Below, piece by piece: positions 26,399-39,594 of a stretch of DNA of 64,000 nt (position 1 is its first letter; every line of letters begins with the position of its first letter). This DNA comes from Paramecium tetraurelia (taxonomy: Eukaryota): NCBI GenBank assembly GCA_000165425.1, contig CT868085.1, forward strand, positions 310,001 through 374,000. The letters run 5' to 3'. The translations under genes and the position numbers were made by a program. Under the pieces are notes generated by a model, which was given only the letters and a program-made list of their open reading frames with translations, was not told the origin of the DNA and searched no databases.

Positions 26399-28458
26399 TC
26401 AAGATTTTTATTAACGACTACTTTGTGCTTCTTTTATATCTGTAACCATAGGTCTTATAAAAAGTGTACTAGGATTTTGCTATTTAATATTTTTCGAGAC
26501 TTATAAATTTGAATATAAAATAATATTACTATCTGATTTCTTATGTTGCATTTCCTTCATTATTTATATGATTTCAGTATTTGGATCCATCCCATTTTTT
26601 CTTGATTAAATTAAGTTTACATACTTTTCAGATCTCCTTCCTAAATCAGAACGATGAGAGTCTTCTGATTTGAGTAAATCTGATTACTTCCTCGAATTTT
26701 ATTAATTAATAAAACCGAAAAGTCTAATGTATTTATCATATAATTACTATTTAGACTTTTTTTTCTCTCTTTTAGGAGATATTTATTTGAAACAACTACT
26801 TGCTTCTATGAGTCGTTGTTCCCCTTATGAGAATAGTAAACTCCCATATGATTTAGAACTGTCTTGTTGAAGATTGTTTAATTTTTCATTTAAGGCTTAT
26901 TTGAATTTCTAGGTAGCTCTACCATCAGGAGATGATATGGAATACGATTCTTTTCTAAGAATTCTATTGATTATATTAGAATAATTGATGGTATCAGACT
27001 TCATGGACATCAATTCCCCGACAGAGGTAGAATTTTTAGTGCTTTCAAAATAATATGGATCTGTACTGTATTTTTTAAGACTGAATGTCTTCTTAAAATT
27101 GTTGTGTATTTTTTGAAATCTTCTAATTTATTTATTTTTATTAGATTATCTAGGCACATTTGGATAATGGAGATATCATAGCAGATCTATGTTATATTAA
27201 ATGGTTACAAATTCACCATATTTTTAGAATCATTTGGGTAATTTATGGTTATATTTAATGGTTACTTCTAATGAGTCAATAAACTTGTTCGACTATCCTT
27301 GCTATATGATTATGCTCTATTCTCTGTTTGAGGAGGAGAATGATTTTGATGAGTAATTTTATATGGATCCATAGAAAAGGCATTATTGTTGGTCAATTGC
27401 AAAATCTTTGAAGTTTCTAACAATTCAATCTAATTTATTAACGTGGATATGTACATTATTTTATAATAATATTATCTCATATTATAGACGAGCATTTTGT
27501 TGGCATTTCTAATTTAATTTCTGAATTAGGTATTAAATCTTTTCATTATTGGTCAACTTTGTTGGCTCTATAAAATTACATGTCTCAGCCATAGTGTTTT
27601 TGTCTCTTCTCTGTCTTTATGATAAAACATCTATTTTGGATTACAAAATCAATTTTTCAGAATTCAATGTCTGAGTATATTACTTTTATTAAATAAGTTA
27701 TTATTCTAATAATTAATTTTGTTCAATTAACTATTTTATTTGCTACGAATATTGCAATTACATCTAAGTTTTTTCTTTGTTTATTTAAACCATTTATTTT
27801 CTTAAATCTTCTTCGATATTATTATTGTTTTCTGAGATAGTTTGATTATTTAAGACTGTCTATTCAGAATTATTTTGATTTCTATTGTTATTCTAAATAT
27901 CCTAATTGACACAAAGCTATTTCTTTACTATATGATATTTAATAGAATCATTTACAATTGTTCAACCCACTTCCTTTAGATGGAAAGCAGAATTTAGTTG
28001 TATTTTTATTTTAAGGAGCTGGGGGCTCTGGCATTGTATCTTTTTAACTCTAATATGTATCTGCCCTATGATTAGTTGATTCGGATATTATGCTTTGAGG
28101 GTTGAATTCAACGAATTGCAAATAGGTTATTAGTTCATTTTCTTAACTCTACACGCTATTTCCTTTTGATTGACTCTTTTGTTCCAGAGAATCAATTGAT
28201 TATTATTATTCTGATGATCTTGATTCATTTGTTTATTAACAATCTGCATGAATTAATTATGAGTTATGGGTTTGTGATTGCTTGGAGAAATTGATATCTT
28301 GATTGTCTTAATCAGGAATGTTGCTGCAAAACTCTTCAAAAGTATCTAATTCTGGAATCTGTTGTAAGTATTGTAATACTTACTTCGTTCTCTATTATAA
28401 TTTCCTATTGGAAGTTTTATAAATTGCACGGAGCTCGTTACTTAAATGAGGGTTACAT
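26399..28458 (-). CDS. hypothetical Q/S/N-rich protein
   Basis: ATG 28458, intron gtaagtattacaatacttacaacag, long low-complexity ciliate-code frame to TGA 26399-26401. Confidence 0.55.
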
Positions 28459-28548
28459 GTACTTTTTTAATTTAAATTGCTATAATAATTGTTTAAATAA
28501 TTAAAACAAATATATTTCAGTATATTAAAAATACAAATAAATAATGAA

Positions 28549-29324
28549 TCATTAACATTTGCTGCAATGGAATTCTTTTTGATTGTATTTGCCATTTTTT
28601 ATACCCACGCATTCGAAATGATACCAATTCTTACATGAATCACACTTAAAATCAAATTATGATATACTTGTATATATTGTCTATCGGGATTCACCGGTTG
28701 AAAGCAAAAGCAAAATTACTAGACTGAATCCATATTACCAAATTATTTTTTCTAAACATCCCATTCCAATCTATTAAAATAAATAGTGGATTCTATTTCG
28801 TCCAACTCCTAATATTCATTGCAGCCCAATATTTTGCAGCTGGATATTATACTCTACGCTAAAATATACTCTTAATGGTTGGTGATAAATAATTCTTGCT
28901 CAGAAATCCATTCCGAACATTTCGGCTTAGATTTGATGATCTCACTTTTTCTCATATACCATTAAATTCTACACAAACATATCAATTTAGCAGTTGTTGG
29001 CTCTTTTATCGATATTATTTATTTTAATGTTCCAACATAGTCTTCATCATGCTGATCTCCACTATTAATTAAAACTGAATCCCCAACCCTCAGTACTTAG
29101 CCCCGAACCTTAATTGTCTCATATTCTTCATATAGCCCTTTAGTTTATGATCCAACTTTGACTAAGGTTTTCCATGCCATTTATTGGTACAGTTCCCGAA
29201 TTGACTATCGATTTTACAATCTCTTATGGATTTGCTTTTTTATCGTTGCTGAACTCTCCGGTGACTGTCTTTTCATTAATTTACTGTAGTCTGCTACCTA
29301 GCTACCTTACTAAGATTTAATCAT
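28549..29324 (-). CDS. BAH + PHD chromatin reader, EBS/SHL-like architecture
   Basis: BAH: LRVGDSVLI...DYVGTL...IQWYMRKSE...EQELFIT. PHD: CFCFQPVNPDRQYIQCDSCKNWYHFECVG...FHCSKC-stop. Confidence 0.9.
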
Positions 29325-30035
29325 ATTTTATTTAAATATCTGCAAATGCGTAAATTTCTCATTTCACTTTCCAATAATTTAAGCAAAATTAATCACTCTA
29401 TATATATAATATTCATTTTATCAATCTTATAGCTTAAAGGTTAAATTAAATTAATAAATTTCTTAACAAAATGCAGTATTTATACAGTAATTATTCTATT
29501 TTATAAATAGGCATAAAAAATTCAATCATTTTCCAGATCCAAGTAGATTATAAACAACCCATCTTCTTTTAAAAATGGAATTTTCATTATATCTAAAATA
29601 AATTAATTATTGAATTTTTATCAAAGTATAATCAATATTAATCCAAAAGGATTTGAATTAATATTAAAATTAATCTACATCAAGCTAATTAATAAATATT
29701 AAATTCTATAAAACTTATTCATAAAAATTTTGCAGTTCTAAATTTGGAATAGCATTGTGACTTGCTATGTATATTGATTCCCTTACATCGTTCTCCCCTT
29801 TAAAAGGAAGTTGTTATTTTTAATCATTTCTTTTAATCAATTGATTATACGCCTTGACCTTATTTTTAGGTTATCCAAAGAAAATTTCATTGAGATTTTG
29901 ATAAGGTTTCTCCTGTTTACTGGATCGAAATATTGGCCTTCTATAGATGATATTTAAAATAATTTTAAAAGCTTTCAATTATTAATATTATCATTAATTA
30001 AATATAAATGTTTAATAATTACTATTAATTTTTTT

Positions 30036-33000
30036 ATGATTAATTAATAGCTCCCTTAATAGAATTAGATATATCTACCAAATCATTAAATGACTGTCAT
30101 ACTTTAATTAAAAAAAGGGTCTGGAGCTTAAGGAGCTGTGTACTAAGGTTTTATCAAAAACAAGAATGAATAAGTGGCGATAAAAATAAATACAGAATTG
30201 AGTGAGCGAGAGAGCTAAATTTTAAATTTCATCAAGATATAAAAATAGAAACATCTTATAAGAATAGATGCAATTGAAAATTATCAAAATTAAGTAATCA
30301 TTGTAATGGAATTGGCTGAAATGGATTTTTATTAGTTTATGGCTACAGATCAGTTTAAAGCAACTAGTATAGAAGAGAGAAATTAGTTTTTTTACCAAGT
30401 ACATTAACTATTTATTTAGATGATATAAGGAGTATAAGAATTTCATAATTTAGGGTACTTTCATAGAGATTTAAAACCAGAAAATTTTGTGCTTTGTCGT
30501 AATTAAAACTAAAATTTGGTCATAAAATTAATTGATTTTGGCATATCTAAATAATAAGAAGATGGTCTTTAATCAATGAAAGTAGGAACCCCATTTTATA
30601 TGACTAAAGAAATTCTTAATAATGAAACCTATAGTAAATCCATTGATGTTTGGGCATTGGGGTGTATTTGGTATGAAATACTGACAGGAAAAACATTTAT
30701 AGAAGGTATGAAATACTTATATTTTAGGTAATAATGTTTAATAAATTATTCTTTACATCAACGGAGTTTCATAAGTTGAGATTGATTTTAAAATCGATTA
30801 ACTCAAAAGGATTTAAAATGAATAGAAAGAAATTTTGAAATAAATGATTTGCATTGATAAGAACAAAAGAATTTCTTTAGATGATGCCATAAAAAAATTA
30901 AATGAATTCTTTAAGAAAAATGATATAGAAAAAATCGAAGCAGAACTCAAAAAGGAATATGAGGAAAAGGAAAAATAATTGAATCTGGAGAAATAGAAGA
31001 AAATTGAAGAACTTCAACAACAACTTGAATAAGAAAAGGAAATTTAGATTTAACTATATTAGCAATAGCTAAAATCTGAATATGATTAAAAAATTCAAAA
31101 GAAGGAAATTGAATTAAAAAAAAATCTAGAATTGAAGTAGGGTTAGGATAAGGAAAATAGAGAATAATAATTATTGTAATAGACTATTTCATATCAAAAT
31201 GAAATAAACTAATTTAAAACATAATGTGAATTGGATTATAAATAAAAATTAAATGAGGTAGCTTAATAAATTTAAGCAAAAATAGAGAGAGAGTTTGGAG
31301 AAAAAATAAAAAATAGAAAATGAAGAAATGAAGAAAAAAATTAATGAATAAGCCAAATAATAATACGAAATAGAATTAAATAAGATATTAAAACAATAAT
31401 AATTAGAGGCTGATAATTAATAGAAAAAAGCACAATTTTAAAATAAGAGGCAATCTTATGGATAAGTTCTTTCTCTATTAAAAGATTCTATTTAAAATGC
31501 TATTTCAACTATGAATTAATAAAAATAAATAATAATCGAAGTATAATTAGAGAACTAAGATAAATAATATTTGTTAAACTCGATTTAAAAATTTATAAAT
31601 GATAAGGAACAGGAATTAAATTAATTATATTAAGAATAGGAGAATTTTAATTCTTTAGATGAAAATGTATAATTTTCCAAGTTTGTAGAATTGGAAACTC
31701 GTTATAAAAACTAAATTTAAATACATAGTGAAGAAAAAAGTATTGTCGATATCTAAATTTATAAATTTATGGCTGATTAAGTAAAAAAATAAGAATAAAT
31801 GGCTAATTATGTTAAAAAATAAGAATAAATGGCCAGAGAAGAGAGGCAGTTGCAGGAGGAATAAAAAAATAAATAAGAAATGAAAAATCTGAATTTTAAA
31901 TTTCAAATGTTAAATAATCAATATATTGAATCATAAAAATAAATTCAAGAAATTATGAAAATATGTGAAAATTATTTTTAATACAACCAAACAATTACAA
32001 ATAATTTTCAGAGGTTAAAAGACAATTCAAATTAAATTGCTTCAAGAATCAACTATGTCCAATAGTATTTAAATTCAACATAAATGGTTACTATTGAGTA
32101 AATTCAACTAATAAAATTTGAAATATAAGAAATTCAGAAATAATTTTAAACCTTGGAGGTGAATATTATATCAGTCAATGAATCTATTTCTATTTATGAA
32201 TAAGAATAAAAAAAATAAATGCAATAATATTTAGGATAAATTTAAGACATAGAATACAAAATTCATATTTAAATACAATAATACAATTTAACCAATAATA
32301 CAATCTTAATTCAACTACAAGAGAAATAATAGTTAATGAAACAACTTTCTTAAAAGTTAGATAATTTAATTATAAGTAATATTTCTGAGTCAATCAAAGA
32401 GTTTATGGAAATTTAGTAGAAATATGAAGAAATAAAATCCTAAGTAAGAAAATTAGCAGAAACATTGTAAAATGAATAATTGAGTCTGACTAAAATTAAA
32501 TTAATTTCTGAAGAATAAAAAAAATTCTAAAAGGAATTAGAAACAAAGTCAAATAATTATCAATAATAAATAGATGAACTTGTATTTCAATTAAATCCAA
32601 TTTAATAGAATTGCAATTAATTGCAAAATAAAGAAATTATATAACTTTTAAATACTAGATTTTAAGAACTAAATTCTTTGAAAAAAGATGCCAAATACCA
32701 ATTTGATGGTTTAATATAAGAATCTAAATAAAATTTAAAAACTTAATAAGAGCTAAATTAACTAAAGGAAAAAGGTAATATCTTTTTTTCAGAATTAGTG
32801 GGAAAAAAAGATTAGTATCAGATATAAATAATAGAGTTAAATAGGATATATGATTCAATTTTTAAGTCGGAATAAGATAATAAGTTAAAAGAAATATTTT
32901 ATTCTTTGGAACTTTTAATATTAACACTTTAAGGCTAACATAAACTGATTTATACTTACATTTAAAACTTGAAGACTATAACTATAATGAAATTGAGAAA

Positions 33001-34025
33001 TAATATATAACAAAAATGTAATAATTTAATGAATAAACACTAAAAATTGGAGTTTACAAAAAAGCTTACGATGAAAATGATAGTGTAACTAAGGTTGAGG
33101 AATAAAAGTTAGATTAGAATAGTTTCTTTAAAGACCATACAAAGAGTTATATTTCTCTATTATAGGATACCTAAAAGAGAAAAGTCAACAATTTTTTTCT
33201 AAATTAAAAGAAATTATTAATGAGATTGATAAACAAAAATTAAAGATTCATTTTATAGAAGTCGAAAAGGAATAAAAAATCTAAAATGAATGGTTAGTAA
33301 AATAACAATTAATAATGTAATTAAATCCAAAATTACTTCTATTACAAAACAAAATTAATTGGGCTCTCACCAAAAATTCTTAAGATATCGATAAATTAAG
33401 CGAAGAATTTAAAAAATTATCGATCGAGGTCGATACGCTGTTTCATACAATCCCATCAAAAGAAGATATTAATACATTTTAAGTAAATTTTAATAGAAAT
33501 AAAAAATCATTTATGATTACATGTTTACTAATTATTATACTTAAGGCTTTTAATTTTCAAAGGTATGCTATAAGGCTTAAAGAGTTCTAAGAAACACAAC
33601 AATATAAGTAGGAGAAAAGAAAGGTATAACTAAAAAAATAAATAGTTGAAAAAAAAGAAAATACTGAATCTGCTAAAATTGAATTACAAAAATTAGAATA
33701 AAAAAAGAATACTACTAATCGAGATGAAAATAAAGAAAAAGTAATTGATGCCTAGAACATAATGGATAAATACAAATCATGGTTATAATCTGAAGAACTC
33801 ATCATCAATATTGAGGAATATATAAAAGATGAAACTAATCTTGACACATAAACAAAAGCAATATAAACTCAAATCAATACGTAGAATAATGTTAAATTAA
33901 AAGCAACTATAAAGGATTAAAAATTTAATAAAGAATTTAGTAGCGAATTTTATGATCAATTAGAATATTGTAGAACATTAGGAATTTTAAAAATGTAGAA
34001 ATTATTTTACAATGAGTATTTTTGA
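30036..34025 (+). CDS. Ser/Thr kinase with very long coiled-coil C-terminus; apparent frameshifts in the tail, possibly disabled
   Basis: GSGAQGAVY, VAIK, HRDLKPENF, DFG, GTPFYM, DVWALG in 30115-30680; Q/E/K-rich tail to TGA 34023-34025 with frame changes at about 31298, 32966 and 33175. Confidence 0.8.
31769..31834 (+). repeat. 30-bp in-frame tandem duplication within the kinase coiled coil
   Basis: atggctgattaagtaaaaaaataagaataa / atggctaattatgttaaaaaataagaataa / atggcc = MADQVKKQEQ MANYVKKQEQ MA. Confidence 0.85.
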
Positions 34026-34401
34026 AAAATTCTTATTTGACTAATAAATCATTTATCATGGTATTTATAATATAAATTTAATAACATTTCTTAACTTATT
34101 AAGGAATAAAAAAAATTGTTTAAAACCTATGGCTATGCTTGAACTCTATTTGGATTGAAAAGACTAATCCACTTTGTGTCTTACAAATCAATACCTTATA
34201 TCAAGTTATAGTTACTCCATTTTTTTATAATCTTGTTATATCCTCAACTTCCTTTAATCTTTGAGCCAATAATAGAGCTCTAAATCGGTCTAATCTTTCT
34301 TAATAATCTTCTTTTTGTATTCTAATGTTATATTCTTGAATTAAATCTTAGATCAAAGTTGTATGAACACCCTAAAAATTAAGCATCCTATTTAATAATT
34401 T

Positions 34402-35569
34402 ATGATTAAAATAAAACCCAATGGAGAGCTGTTAAATTATCAATTCCTATAGGTAATGTTTTAATATCATTTCAAAGGTTCCACAATGCAACTATTGTGC
34501 TACTTACATTAGTAATCTTAGTCTAATTAAAAAAGATCAATGGCAATGCTAAATTTGCAAAAGATTGTTAAAGTTACCAGTTTGGTATATGCAATAACCT
34601 ATCTTGTATGATAACTTTGAAATTGCTTTAACACAGCCGTCCTTTAATAGGAGAGCTCTATTTTTAATTGATGTGACTTCTCAAGCCTTATGTCGTATGA
34701 TTATTCCATTAATCGAGTAATCTCTTAATCAGTTCGATGAAGTATTATTAATTACGATAATCAAGATCGCTTTAATTCCTTGTACTCCCTATCCCACAGT
34801 ATTACAGTTTGTTAACAACAAAATCAGAATGACTACACTTACATCATAAGATCAAGAATGCAAATTAGATCTATTTCTTAATTGCTCAACAGAATTCCAA
34901 AAAATTAGGCAAGTCTGTCGAATGATTGAAAGTCTAGCATAATATAATCAAAACGCTAATGTGTTAAAATCTAATTATCCTATTGAACTAGCTTAATCAT
35001 TTCTAAATAGATTGCTAGAATATTAATCAATTAAAATTATTCATTTTACTTGGATAAATTAATTCATTGAACCAGAACTTAAATCTCAGTCAGATATAAA
35101 AATAGGAAAGAACCATTATCATTTATTCATAATTTAATAAAATTGCAATGTGTTAGACTATTATAAAGCAATTTCTCGAAATCTTCATGGAAAGTGCAAT
35201 GTATATAATGATGATGATTGTAAAAATTATATCTCATAATCTATTTAGTGAATACTTTCTATAATGAAATTGACTCCTTTTTCTAAAGTTCATTTTGTTG
35301 GGAGGCCTAAATTTAGATCAATTTACCTCAGGGTTGGAGGGTTTAGAAATTTTAGAATATCAACACAGATTCTAATTAATTCTATTTACCTTATCTGACA
35401 GATCAAGACGAAATATCAATTGAATTCATTTAGGAAGCTAAATATAAACCAAAAGATAATTTGGTTTAAACAATTATTTCATATAAATCAAAGACATAAA
35501 AGCACATCTGTGTTGCAAATGAAAAGATTTAAATATGATTAATTATTATAGTTAAATACATTAATTTGA
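34402..35569 (+). CDS. highly divergent, short Sec23/Sec24-like protein (Zn finger + trunk + beta-sandwich-like)
   Basis: PQCNYCATYI...WQCQIC zinc finger followed by LYFLIDVTS, later CWEAQIQINLPQGWRV; order matches Sec24 domains; start uncertain because the frame is open upstream. Confidence 0.55.
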
Positions 35570-35606
35570 TAGATAACTTAATTTATAAATAATTGTAATA
35601 TTACAT

Positions 35607-37018
35607 TCATTTGAATTGATTAATTTAAAAAAATTATGGTTTTAATTGTCTATATTGATGAGATATGGAATAAATCTAAATTAAGAATTTCTAATTTGAA
35701 AATATTTAATTATTCTAAAATATCAACATTAAAGAATTCAATTCATCAATCTCAATGTATATTATACCAATCTCAAATGAAATGAACACCCTCACTAGGT
35801 TTGAAGTTATAGTCATTGTTCTAAATCTATCTTTAACTTTCAAATTAATAAATTAATGATAATATCCAAGACTCTTGCAAAACTTTAACAATGCTTATGT
35901 ATAGTAGATTAATAGAGCTGAATAACTTCTATTATTTCCGTAATAATTTAAGTTTAATTTGATTTCATAAAATAAGATATGAGACACCAAAGCATGAAAA
36001 ATTCCTTTTGCTGCCTCTCTATCAGCCTGAATTTTAACTGCCTCAAATTTCATCAAATGAGATCTGAAAACGAAGGACGATTTTATCAGTACTTTGACTT
36101 CAAATTGTCAATTGATTCATTTTTTTGGTGTTCATCAAGAGTATTAGTAAAAAGTAATTGCTTTCTTAATTAATTAATGATTAATTGATTAGTGATATCT
36201 ACGCTTGTAGAATTAGAATAAGAAATAGTTAGGAATAAAAATGTATTGGTAATAAGATTACATATTCATAAATGAATAACTTCATATTACTTCTTAGCTT
36301 TAATTTTGTTGGCTAATTGCTTGACTCTATTATATTGAACAATTGGGCATAAATTTTTGGTAATATCATTCTAAAATAAATTATATAATATACAATTTTA
36401 ATATTTAATTTATATGTTTTAATGGGTTGTTCAGGTTCTTCATTCATTAAAGTGTAAATGTTTGAAATCAGTTTTTCCACATCATTTTTTGGAATTTCAG
36501 TCTACACTGTTAATACTGTTTAGATTAGCTACTCATTTTATTAAGGTTTATTATTTTATAATTATATTTATGATTATTATTGAGCCTTTTTAGTTTTGAG
36601 TAAATCTTAGAGTTTTATAAAGTATTTCTGTGCAAGTTTTTAATGATTGAACTTATAAAAATAACAGTTGTTACGATGCTTACTAATTATAAAACTGGGA
36701 TCTTCAATAAAGTTCTATATGAGAGAATAACAATTAACACATACATCTAAGATTATTTTTTACTTGGTTAATCTAATTTATAAGACTCTCACATTCAATT
36801 AATTGCATCCCTTTGACAAATTTCTTATCTTTGAATTCGTCTGAGAATATTAAATAAAATGTTACTTATATAAATTGTAGTAAATCTTGATCTTCTAGAA
36901 AGGATGAAATCAAGAGAACCAAGTGATCAAGATCAAGAACTCTTTATGGATTAGTCAACGGAGCCATAGTGTTACCATAAGCAATTTGATTGAAATATTG
37001 TTGTATTATAGAGTTCAT
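35607..37018 (-). CDS. hypothetical protein
   Basis: ATG 37018 (MNSIIQQYFNQIAYG...), 25-nt intron, long ciliate-code frame; stop position approximate. Confidence 0.5.
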
Positions 37019-37099
37019 TATTTATATATAAATGAAAATGTTTTCAATTCTTAACTAATTATTTATCCTAAATTAGATTTTTATAATTATTTTATTTCA

Positions 37100-39277
37100 T
37101 CATGCACATTTTTCAATATTCCATCCAACACTCTCTCTTATCTTTATTACTATAATTGCTGCCAACCCTTACACAGGATCAACAAGATCTAAGAGATATT
37201 AAGATAGTTTTATTTCCATTCCTTAAATAATTCCATCAATATTTTGCAAGTACTAGTTTGAATGTCTCTTAACTACTTATTCCTTTATAATTTTAATTGT
37301 TCTTGTATTTCAATTTACCTTTCAATTTGCAAAACAATGATATCATCATTCTCCTAACAGATATGAATCAATTATTTTGATAGATTGGTCAATTCTTGCA
37401 TTATGCTTTGTGAATAATCTTTTTGAGGTTCCCCTTTTATATTAGATTCGAAAATAAAAGTTGATGAAGATCTCATATCATGTATATCAGATGCCAATCG
37501 ATGTAACAACTAACATAGGAGAATGGAATTAGATTCCAATTTGCTTGTTGTTTGTTGCAAACCATCATCAATAATCAATTCAAATTAGTTGATTGGCAAT
37601 TTGAGATCACTAATAAATTTGTTCAACGATATAAACATATCATCTTATTAATTATAAGAATAGTAAACAATTACTAAGAAATCTTTAAGCTTTTGCCAGA
37701 GCATTTGAATCTTGAAATTGCCACTCTAACTTTAGAACTAACTTAATAATAATTAATTTACATTGTTAATGAAATCCAAAGCGTTCTTAGAATACCCTTA
37801 ATTCAACAATTAGTCTAAGAGACAACAAATATCATCAAGCTCATAATTAGGTTATGATTTTTTAAAATCAGAACTGAAATTTGTTTATCTTTGATCTATC
37901 CTGTAAGAATTCTTGCAACTAATACTTTCTCTTGGAATATAGGTGGAATATCTATTTGATATAAAATGATTCTTTAAGCTCACACTCCCTTCTTAAGTTC
38001 TAGTTGTAATTGTATTACTAAAGTTAGTATTACAATTATAAGATTTCCTTAGGGTTTCATTTTCACCTTGTATTCTTTCTAAATCCTATAAGGATTTAGC
38101 AAATAATTAAGTAATAGATGATATTTACTGATTCATTTCTTCGATCTAGTTGGATTGTTATATGATCTTGCTATTCATCTACTAACTTAATTCCAACAAT
38201 TCCAATCTTTATACTTTAATGTCATTGTACTCTTTTTTCTGTAGTTCTAATTCTTGTATTTGGTTCTGCATATTTTAAATCTTAAGATTTTAATTATTTT
38301 GAAGACTCACATTGAATCTTTGGCTTGTCTAATTAAATTCCATGAGGAGATCTATTAGTTTGTCCATATCATTCACATTATTAAACTCACTATTTAGAGA
38401 TTTTGCTAGATGAATGATGTTATCAATCTCAAGTGAATTGGAATTATTTTAAAGTATGTGTTGAAAAGCAATTTTATATTTTGAAACTCTTACTTCTAGA
38501 TTTTGAAGGGCATCAGTGTAAAGTTTGATATCACAATGATATTGTTATTTATAGGCATCTATTTGGGAACATACAAAATTAATTGTTTCTTGTAATTATT
38601 GACACTTCTGCATACTCTGATTTTACATTTTCTACCATAAATTATATAATTCTTATTCTCTTTCCATTTATTTGTCTAAAAATTCTTTCATACATTAATC
38701 TTTGAAATAAATGAGAAATTCTTATTCATCAAGAAAATATTCATTTTATCTAATCTTCTTTAGGCTGCTGTAGCAATTAACTTGATTCTCATTTTCTTTA
38801 TCTGTCATTAATAATTTTCTTTTAACTTGTTTATTGATAGCTAATTATTTAGACTATGTAATTACATTATGTCCTTGTAATTTGAGGGGAAAGAGAAGGA
38901 GCTTTGATAGGCGAAAACAAATCCAGTTGTTCTATATATACATTTTTCATTGATTTATTTAGAAATGAGATTTGAGTGTTTTGTTATTACAATTATTCAT
39001 TCAACTAGTTGATTTATTTTTAGAGTTCGAAATTGCTAATAATTAATTGGAATAGATTTTACTTGGCCAATTCTTAATCTAATTTATTTTGCGTTTGTAA
39101 TTACAAATTATTTATCTAATCTAACAACTTTTCTTATTCAAGAATACGTTGATTTATTTGAAATTCAAATGCATCAATTATTTAAATGAGTTCTTCTTAC
39201 AAATTTTCCTGGAGCTTATTTTTGAATTGTTTATAAAGTTCATTTTCTTTCAAATTCAATTTGTAGTTGTTAAACAT
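37100..39277 (-). CDS. long coiled-coil protein
   Basis: ATG 39277 (MFNNYKLNLKENELYKQFKNKLQENLQEELIQ...), Q/E/K/L-rich heptad-like sequence to TGA about 37100. Confidence 0.6.
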
Positions 39278-39594
39278 ATAATTATTTTATTCAGTTATTA
39301 ATTAGTGTGATTACAGTGAATTTATATATTTAAGTAATTGGGTGTTTTCCTTTGCTAAAAAAATAACTTATTGTTGTTTATTCAGATTCTAAAAGCAATT
39401 GCAAGTTGAATATAGATTGTTATTATGATTATTAATTAACAATAATTAAAAACAAACAATTAAGTAAGTGATTGATTACTGAAAATAATCAAACTTCAGT
39501 AATTTAAATTTGATAATATGGCGAATGAATGAGATTGAATTCAGTCAATTATTTATACAATATTATTATATTAATAAAAAGTAATAAAAATTTA

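Noticed and set aside
29520..29990. Open minus-strand frame between the BAH-PHD and kinase genes
   Set aside because: No in-frame start found, and long open frames arise easily when TGA is the only stop
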